This document shows positions 55,682 to 64,000 of a stretch of 64,000 nucleotides of DNA, piece by piece. This DNA is from Octopus sinensis (taxonomy: Eukaryota), in contig NC_043002.1 in the NCBI RefSeq assembly GCF_006345805.1, positions 74,834,001 through 74,898,000 on the forward strand. The letters run 5' to 3'. Position 1 is the stretch's first letter; each line of letters opens with the position of its first letter. Made by a program: the position numbers and the translations under genes. The notes under the pieces were generated by a model. It did no database searches, was not told the origin of the DNA, and saw only the letters and a program-made list of their open reading frames with translations.

Positions 55682-55763
<82 letters not shown>

Positions 55764-55804
55764 ATATATATATGTGTGTATATATATATACATGTGTGTA
55801 TATA

Positions 55805-55835
<31 letters not shown>

Positions 55836-55848
55836 GTGTGTATATATA

Positions 55849-55883
<35 letters not shown>

Positions 55884-55890
55884 GTGTATG
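55682..55890. repeat. compound (TG)/(TA)/(CA) microsatellite
   Basis: Direct inspection. Confidence 0.95.
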
Positions 55891-55993
55891 TTTATTCTGA
55901 TTCTTACTTATTTATTGGAATAATACATTGTTTACTCAGAGATGAATAATCTTTTAGGTGGTGGTGTTGTTTGTTTTTTTCGTTACTCAAAAG

Positions 55994-56003
55994 TAATGTT
56001 TGA
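55994..56003 (+). CDS. candidate mini terminal exon XNV*
   Basis: ttttttcgttactcaaaag|t aat gtt tga; gives S-N-V if the junction codon is AGT. Confidence 0.3.
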
Positions 56004-56847
56004 TAAGCAAGATATTTTTTCTAATTAATTATTTGAGATTCCTATCTCTCACTCAAAGAATATTTTAAAAGTATGTATATACATTATATTTCAGCTATCT
56101 TTGGTATTAGAAGTGTTGAACGATATGTAAATTCTTCTATTATTATTATTATTAATATTTTTTTCCACATATGTCTCTCCCTAGACCACTGTGTGTTCAC
56201 TTAACTTGGAGCTACTGAAAAGAATGTGTTTCACTTGTCCCTGTTACTTTACTGCCTACATCCAAGAAATACTAGGCTTTTTATGAGCTAATCAAGGAGC
56301 CTCTATGTGGCTGTTCAACTTGCTAGAAAAAATATCCAATTAAACTACACCCACCATCTTAAAAAAGGAAGGACACATTGAATTATGTCCCAGATTCATT
56401 ATGTCTGAAAATTGATGAGGAAGATCGTGTTTAGAATACCTTTGACTATAGGCTTGCTTTGTCAGAGATGACTTTATTGGTAGGCAATCGCAATAGCTAG
56501 AACATCTTGTTATCAAATCCATAATGAGGAAACACACTTATTGCAGTAATTAGTTGGGCTACAGATCAGTTATACATGTCATTATTTTGTTCATACTCTT
56601 GAGATATCATCATCATCAACATCATCGTTTAACGTTCACCTTCCGTGCTGGCATGGGCTGGATGGTTTGACAGGAGCTGACTAGTCAGGAGCCTGCACCA
56701 GGCTTCTGTGTCTGTATTGGCACAGTTTTTACAGCTGGATGCTCTTCCTAACGCTACTCCACCCAGCTGTTTTTAATCCACAGAGTGATGATGTTGATTA
56801 ATCTATCATGTGTCGGTGCAATAGACCATGTTGAAAATTATGGCATT

Positions 56848-57060
56848 CTTTTCCTTTTCTACTATAGGCACAAGGCCCACAATTTGGGGTGGGGGTAGTC
56901 AGTTTGATCGACTCCAGTACACTACTGGTACTCAATTTATCGACCCTGAAAGGATGAAAGGCAAAGTTGACCTCGGCGAAATTTGAACTCAGAACATAAA
57001 GGCGGACAAAATGCCGTCAAATATTTTGCCCGGTGTGCTAATGTTTCTGCCAGCTTACCT
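56848..57060 (-). mobile_element. Meta-domain-like SINE
   Basis: ctggtactcaatttatcgaccctgaaaggatgaaaggcaaagttgacctcggc. Confidence 0.85.
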
Positions 57061-57526
57061 TATGGTATTCTGTGTTAGTTTAGTGGCAGTAATATAGGCA
57101 ACTTTTGGTTCTCTTAGTTTTGTGTCCATTTCTTAAATTGTTTGCATGGGTGAGCTTGTTGTTATTTAGGATATTTTCAAATTATTGTAGCAAATTATTT
57201 TATAGCTATATACACCTCATATTTACTGCTAACCACACATTCTAACAATGTACCTTTACTATGGGCCCAACACAAGGGTTGTAGTATGATACTTTATAGC
57301 CTTTGTGACTCTAGCTTAGCACTCAATAGGCTGTAAGTCATTGTCATCGCCATCATCATCATTTAATGCCCATGTTCCTGGATGGTTTGGTAGGATCCAA
57401 TGAACCCAAAGGACCACATCAAGGTCCAGTATCTGCTTTGGCATGGTTTCTATGACTGGGTGGCCTTCGTAATGTCAACCACTTTGCCACATATACTGGG
57501 TCCTGTAAAGTGGTTGACTGAGTTTT

Positions 57527-57558
57527 TATATATATATATATATAGATGTGTGTGTATG

Positions 57559-57626
<68 letters not shown>

Positions 57627-57815
57627 GTGTATATAGATAGATGTGTGTGTATATAGATAGATGTGTGTGTGTATGTATGTATGTGTGTGTATGTGTGTAT
57701 ATATATATGTATGTATGTGTGTATGTATGTATGTATATGTGTGTGTGTATATGTATATATATATATGTATGTATGTATATGTGTGTGTATATATGCATAT
57801 ACATATATATACATA
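57527..57815. repeat. compound (TA)/(TG)/(TATG) microsatellite
   Basis: Direct inspection. Confidence 0.95.
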
Positions 57816-58146
57816 AAGAATTAAAAACAACTTTAATGTGGGGAATTTAACTTAAAGTGGATGAACTTCATGCTATTATAAAAACCTTTATGCTATCTGC
57901 CTGCCCCAGAAATATGTAAATTGTTTCATGTTCCATTGCACAACCAGCATAGTCATATATTTTAACAACAATGAAACCAAAACTGCCACTTTATTGTTGG
58001 CTTTCAAACTTTGTCTATTTGACCATCATGGACATAATAGTTACTATTGAGTGCTCTCCAAAGTATTATCAACAAAGACGGAGAATGTGTAGCCAATACT
58101 TGTTAAAGATATTGTTATTATATTTATTATTATTGGTTCTTGTTAG

Positions 58147-58261
58147 AGTTATGTTTCAGCATTGTAATTGGGCAAACAAATGGAAACAATTATGCTGTGT
58201 TTCAAAGAACTACACAGAAAATTGGAAGAGAGGAAGAGAATCATTATTATATTATTTGTGA
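58147..58261 (+). CDS. candidate terminal exon XVMFQHCNWANKWKQLCCVSKNYTENWKRGRESLLYYL*
   Basis: ttggttcttgttag|a; open phase-2 frame; Y-x-L end. Confidence 0.35.
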
Positions 58262-58615
58262 ATGCGTGTGTGTCTCTATGTCTGCTATTTTAAAACTTCG
58301 ATTCTTGTGCGAAGAACATTCCTGTTGCTGCTGCTGCTGTTGGCTGTTGTTGTTGTTGGCAGTGATGATGATGATGCAATTTCTCTTTTCATCTTGATGT
58401 TTAAATATTGTTGAATAAAAAAAGCAAAAAATAAAAACAACCTAAATAAAAACAAATGCAACACAACAAAAACATTTTCAGAATTATAAACATGTTTTAA
58501 GTTAATCTACATGTATTTGTCTCCCTCTTATTTTGAAAATATTATGATGATTTATGAAGCAAAGGTTATATTAAAAGAATTCAATAGATATTTATTTTTA
58601 ATTAATGTGTTTCAG

Positions 58616-58688
58616 CTCTTCTAAAGAGGGTGATAATGTTCCGTATAATAAATTACCGAAACATACTATTTCCCTCAAACAGCCATAA
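58616..58688 (+). CDS. candidate terminal exon XSSKEGDNVPYNKLPKHTISLKQP*
   Basis: taatgtgtttcag|c; protein-like composition with CpGs; AATAAA at 58698. Confidence 0.4.
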
Positions 58689-59194
58689 AACAGATTCAAT
58701 AAAATCTTTTGTCTTTGATATTTTAGCTTATTATTTTTTGGAAATTGGAAATTGATGGCTCTTGTGCTCTTGCAATCTGGATAGCCTTCTTGCTCTCTCT
58801 CTTTCTCTCTTTACTCTTTCTCTTTTTCTGTCTCCCTCTCATTCTCTCTCTCTCTCTCTACCCATCTATCTATCTGTATGCTTGTCTGTCTCACTTTTGT
58901 CTCTCTGCCTCTCCTTTTTAGTTCATTGTGGTAGTAATTTGTTTAATAGTGTCTAATTAATTCTGAGGCAATGAAAATGAATCTAGTTCGTATGTACATT
59001 ATGTTAATCGACGGCTTCACCAGTCATAACAACAACCGAAATTGATTTTCCCTTTTACTTGTAGAGGGATAACAAAGAAACGGGGAGAATGGTGGTGTTG
59101 GCAGTGGTGGTGATTGAAAAGAAAGACTACAAAGAAAAATGATCCCTGATAAAATCATTTGATTCCTCCATAATAATATTATTGTGTAATTGAT

Positions 59195-59238
<44 letters not shown>

Positions 59239-60391
59239 GTTTGACTTCAATGAATTATTTACTATTTCCTTCTGTTGACCATGTTGTAGTAGTCAAGAAG
59301 AGGCAAATGGAGTGAGTCAGTAGGTACTGAATGACTTGTTTCCTCTGGTATACCACTGTTATTGTGAGGTGTTATCTAATGAAGCATCAATTATTGGATG
59401 TTAGTCTTGTGTGTGTGCATGCATGCATGTGTGTGTATGCATGTGCATGCGTACATGCATGTGTGTGTGTTATGAAGGTCCAAACTCATTGAAGTCTTCT
59501 ATTGCTGTGATAATCATAGTAACACTTCAAGTGGCTAAGGTATTTGAATACCTGCACATTGTTCTGTAGTTCAAATCTTCTTACCTAAATGCTGATACTA
59601 GCTCAATCTGGAAGCATTTACCTGCACTAACCTGGTAGTTGAGAAAATATTTGTTTATGTATTGTGAGAATGATAAGGAAACCAGAGAATACTATAGTTT
59701 CATGTAGATTCCTAATGCAGATGCATGTAAACAACATATGCTCACTCGCTTCACATCTGTCTCTCTGTCTCTCAAGTTTATAAATTGGCATGTCCAGCTG
59801 AATTGGGCCTACAACAAAACGTTTGAAATAGTGATGGCATAGTTCACATGTAAAACAAAGTCAATTTCAGTAGAATTTGAACATGATATTGGTGGTGATA
59901 GTGGTTGCCCAACCTCATTCAAATCATGTCCTATCATCTTAGGAAAAGATATGTCATAAATGTGCTCCTGAATTCCCCTGCATATTAGAAAAAGATTGTA
60001 TGGTCATAACTGGAATACCTGTAATAGAAGGTCTGCTTAGACAGCACTGGTCTGGGTTTAAACAACTACAAAATAATAATAATAATTATTATTATTATTA
60101 TTATTGTTATTATTATTAAATTTAATCTAATTCATACAACAAACAAACCAATGTACAGCTAAGATTCAGATTGTATAATTTTAAATATGTATGCAAGCAA
60201 TTTTTTATGTTGCAAAGGATTCCCTCTGTTGAACTGGGCATGATAACATTTAGAAATGAAGACATGTTATATAAACAGTTTTATTTTTTTTATTACATAA
60301 TGTACTTTACCTTATACTCTACTAACATAAAGGAAACATACTACCATCTTTGCTGTCTATTTGCTGTATTTTCATTGCTGCCGCTATGTAG

Positions 60392-60446
60392 CAAAGAATA
60401 CTTAAAACTGAAGAGGCAATCTGAAAATGTGAAACCAGCCAAGTGA
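60392..60446 (+). CDS. candidate terminal exon XKEYLKLKRQSENVKPAK*
   Basis: ttttcattgctgccgctatgtag|c; purine-rich, exon-like, basic tail. Confidence 0.35.
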
Positions 60447-61740
60447 TACAGCTTTGCGCATACAATAATGCTTTGTTATGTTGCTGATCTGACAAGAAGG
60501 AGGTGAAGCTCTAGTTGTGTTTCATTCCTCTGCAAGTCAAGTGGACATGTTTTTTTTTTCTTTATATTTGGGAGGGCATTTGTGTGTATATGTATCTCTA
60601 TTTATATGTGGAGATTTATGTTATAACATGCTATTAGCAATGTGTCTAGTTATACCTGTGTATATCTCTTTGTCAGTTTGTTTTCTATCTTGTGCATGTG
60701 TATGTATATTCATGCTTGTGTGCCTGTGTGTACATAAACATATAGAAATATGTGTAAATCATTAGTGAAGTGAATTTCTTCTTGGAGTCCAGTTAAGTAT
60801 CCCAAATATTTCTCTGAGTCCAAGTGCTTGAAATGCATTATATTCTCTTGCGAGAAGAAAGCTTTGACTGCCATATCTTTTAATGTCTCCTCCCACCACC
60901 ACTACCATCATATGCTTATTTTCATGCAGCCATAGGTTGGACAGGTTGTCACAGTCTGAACCATTTCTTATTTGGAGTTACTAGAGAAATCAGAGGACTG
61001 GGTGCTGCTCATATGTTTTATTTTTTGCATGGTTACTGTGGCTTGATGCCCTTTCTAACATCAACCACTTAGACACTTCACATGCATTTTACTATGGTAA
61101 CACCACTGGAGGGGTTGTTCTGTCCTTGACTAAAGTATCCTCTATAATGTATGTTGGTCTTTGTTCTTTCAAAGTAAACATGGCTAACTGTACATAGGGG
61201 GGAGAAAGAGATGGGTGGGGACAGAGATGACCATAAGGGTGAAAGAGGAGAGAGTAACAATGAGCACAGTGGAGGAGAAATGGTGATAGGATGGTAGAGA
61301 AAAGAAATCCATTTTGAATGAACTATAAACTCTACATGTATTGAGTACTCTCAAGCTCATTTCTTGACAAAAGAGTAACATTTGAATGTGTGAGTGTATG
61401 TCCCCCTCTCTCTCTCTGTATATACACACACAATTTTATACATACATACACACATTATATACATACATATACACATTCACAAGTATATATTTAGAGGGGA
61501 ATTGATTTATGGTTTCCCTGCTGTGAAATATTACGAGACTAAATGTATTTATTCCTTTGACAGGTGATGTATTAAATCTATAATTAATACAATTAAGTAA
61601 ATTTTAAATTGCTCAGAAATTACAGTTCAGCAATGTTTTCTCCATTATCTTAATCTCTTTTCAAATACTATACCAAGAAAAATAATGGGATTGTTTCTGT
61701 AATGAAGTCAATTAATTGTAACTGAACTATTTTACCTCAG

Positions 61741-61801
61741 CACTTTTAATACTATTACCAACAGCTTTATGTCACCTTATAAAGGTCTTTCCATCCTTTA
61801 A
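61741..61801 (+). CDS. candidate terminal exon XTFNTITNSFMSPYKGLSIL*
   Basis: ctattttacctcag|c; S-x-L end; second in-frame acceptor at 61765. Confidence 0.45.
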
Positions 61802-62989
61802 GCATGTCTGGCAAATTACTTGTTCATTATTCCATAACATTAACTTATTAAATCAGAACCACAGTATATGAAAATAGGTTTAATCTGTGCATAAGTAGAA
61901 GGTTGGTTTCACCTTGTGACTGTGTGTATTGCTGAATGCAGAGATAAGATAGAACTGCAGCTAGTTACATGGTCAGTGAAGTAGATCATTGTACAAGACT
62001 ATTATATGCAATATTTCGCATGACCATACTGATGTCAAGGGATGTTAAATCAAGTGGTATTCTAGCACCCTTCATTCCAGAACCTGGAACAGGCAGAGAT
62101 TAATACACTTGGTAATGAAAGCAGTAGGCCTAGTCAATATATTTTAAGAAATTGAAGGCACTTTGGGGGCTTTTTACCTCACAATCTCCGTGATTACAGG
62201 TAGAAACATAAGCAACTATGTATTACTCTTAATTAATCAAGTACAAGGAGAGATGTAGCCTAATGCCTAAATAATACAATCTAATACTCAGTAAGCATGC
62301 AACCTTTGAAATTATTTTGTGGCTGTGTTAGAGTGGGTATTAGCGTATGTCTGCATGCCTCCCCCCTCTCCCATTTCATTGCTAGAAGTGTTTAGGTTCA
62401 TTATGCAGCCTGTGCTTGGACTCTGGCCTTGATCAGGTCTTTCCTGCATGAATTGGTTTGCAAAGGTGATAGAGGAACATTTATGGCATTAACCCTCTCA
62501 TTGCTGTACTTTTGTTGAAAACGCTGCCTTTATTTCAGTTACCTTTGAAAATAATGAAGAACAATAAATTAACTTTGTCATTATTAAGCTAATATTTAAA
62601 ATGAAATTTTGATGGAAGAGTTTGTTTTTTTTAAGTTTGGGTCAATAACTAGTGGTGGGGGTGGGGAATGATACAGTTGCTATCTTCAGATTCAAAGGAC
62701 TGCAAATTATTGACTGCAGATGAACTTGCTGAAAATAGATAGTTAATAAGGTTGAGACCACTTTTCAGTCCCTACAACAGTGGTTGAGTTGGTTTGAATG
62801 GATGACACTGTTGTCACTAGAAGTGTGTTTATATTCATAAGTTTCTTGCTAACAGTTTCTGTTGATACAGACACTACTCAAATAATTTAATTTGGAAAAT
62901 ACACCTAAAGATTGCTTGAAGTAGCTGATTAAACCATGCTCAGTTTAGTGTTTTGTAGCACAGAGTTACCATATATTTGTATTGTTGCT

Positions 62990-63369
62990 CTCTTTACTCT
63001 TTTACTTGTTTCAGTCATTTAACTGCGGCTATGCTGGAGCACCAACTTTAGTCAAGCAAATTGACCCCAGGACTTATTCTTTGGAAGCCTAGTACTTATT
63101 CTATCGGTCTCTTTTGCCGAACCACTAAGTTACAGAGACGTAAACACAACAGCATTGGTTGTCAAGCGATGTTGGGGGACAGACACAGACATACAGACAT
63201 ATACATATATACAACGGGCTTCTTTCAGTTTCTGTCTACCAAATCCACTCACAAGGCTTTGGTCGGCCCGAGGCTATATTAGAAGACACTTGCCCAAGGT
63301 GCCACGCAGTAGGAATGAACCCTGAACCATGTGGTTGGTAAGCATGCTACGTACCACACAGCCACTCCT
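62990..63369 (-). mobile_element. tRNA/CORE-like SINE, full length
   Basis: Reverse-complement match to 6371-6749, with a (ctctttta) tail. Confidence 0.9.
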
Positions 63370-63414
63370 GTTAGATGACAAATCTTCATTTTTGTTGATA
63401 AAATGACTGGTTTC

Positions 63415-63643
63415 ATAACCCTTTAGTATTTAAACCAGCCATGTCTGGCCCAAATATTCAACCTATTTTATATTCAATCTGACCAGATTCAGCCTCTCAC
63501 ACTTATCCTGTAATGCTATTCATATAAATAAGCAATTATATCATTGAAATCTCAAAGTTATGAGATAATGCATGATTAATTCAAAATAATGTGAATAAAT
63601 AAGCATTACATTTGACAGAGTAATCCAAATGCTAAAGGGTTAA
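63415..63643. mobile_element. piggyBac-type MITE (family A)
   Basis: taaccctttag...gctaaagggttaa termini; body matches 24668-24886. Confidence 0.85.
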
Positions 63644-64000
63644 AGAATTTGTTGTATTTGAAGTTCTTGTTATTATTTCACCAGATCACTTTGAATAGAT
63701 TTCTTCAACTATAAAAATGAAACATGCAATTGAGAATATGGTCCTCCCACTAAGTTAGGAGTGCAGTAACTCCAAATAAGAACTGACTCCAATCATGACA
63801 ACCTACCCATCCTATGTCAGCTTGGATGTCTGATGATTGTGATAACGATAATGGTGGTGGTAGCAGTAGCAGCTTATGACTGGAATCTTAGTATTTACCA
63901 AATGTTGATGGGTTGGAAGAATTGTTGAAGCATCTAACTGAAATGTATTGCAGTATTTAGTTACAGCTCTTTACATTCTGTGTTTCTGTGAGGCCAACTT

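Noticed and set aside
59410-59470. Cluster of TGCATG (Rbfox) motifs
   Set aside because: It arises easily from decayed TG/CA microsatellite; enrichment cannot be shown by eye.

Overview
AT-rich, microsatellite-dense animal genomic DNA. The retroposon families (tRNA/CORE-like SINE, Meta-domain SINE, RTE-tailed SINE) resemble those I know from octopus or other coleoid cephalopods; this assignment is an inference. There is no long intact ORF: nearly all ORFs in the supplied track are microsatellite or repeat artefacts. Repeats include several SINE families, two TTAA-flanked piggyBac-type MITE families, a decayed Helitron, and RTE-LINE and Penelope-like remnants. The unique sequence between repeats carries many + strand splice acceptors (polypyrimidine tract plus AG). 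Read in one common phase (phase 2), a conspicuous number give short peptides that stop directly after a PDZ-binding motif (TSV, THV, SQV, TIL, SIL, SGL, TSC, FSV, ITV, FAI, FVI) or a CaaX box (CIIL, CLVL, CIIV, CSTL). My main hypothesis is a large array of alternative last coding exons that swaps the C-terminal targeting tag of one unidentified upstream gene. The array was found by eye and needs a statistical test and RNA-seq confirmation. X denotes the junction residue, which is Ser or Arg if the upstream exon ends in AG.
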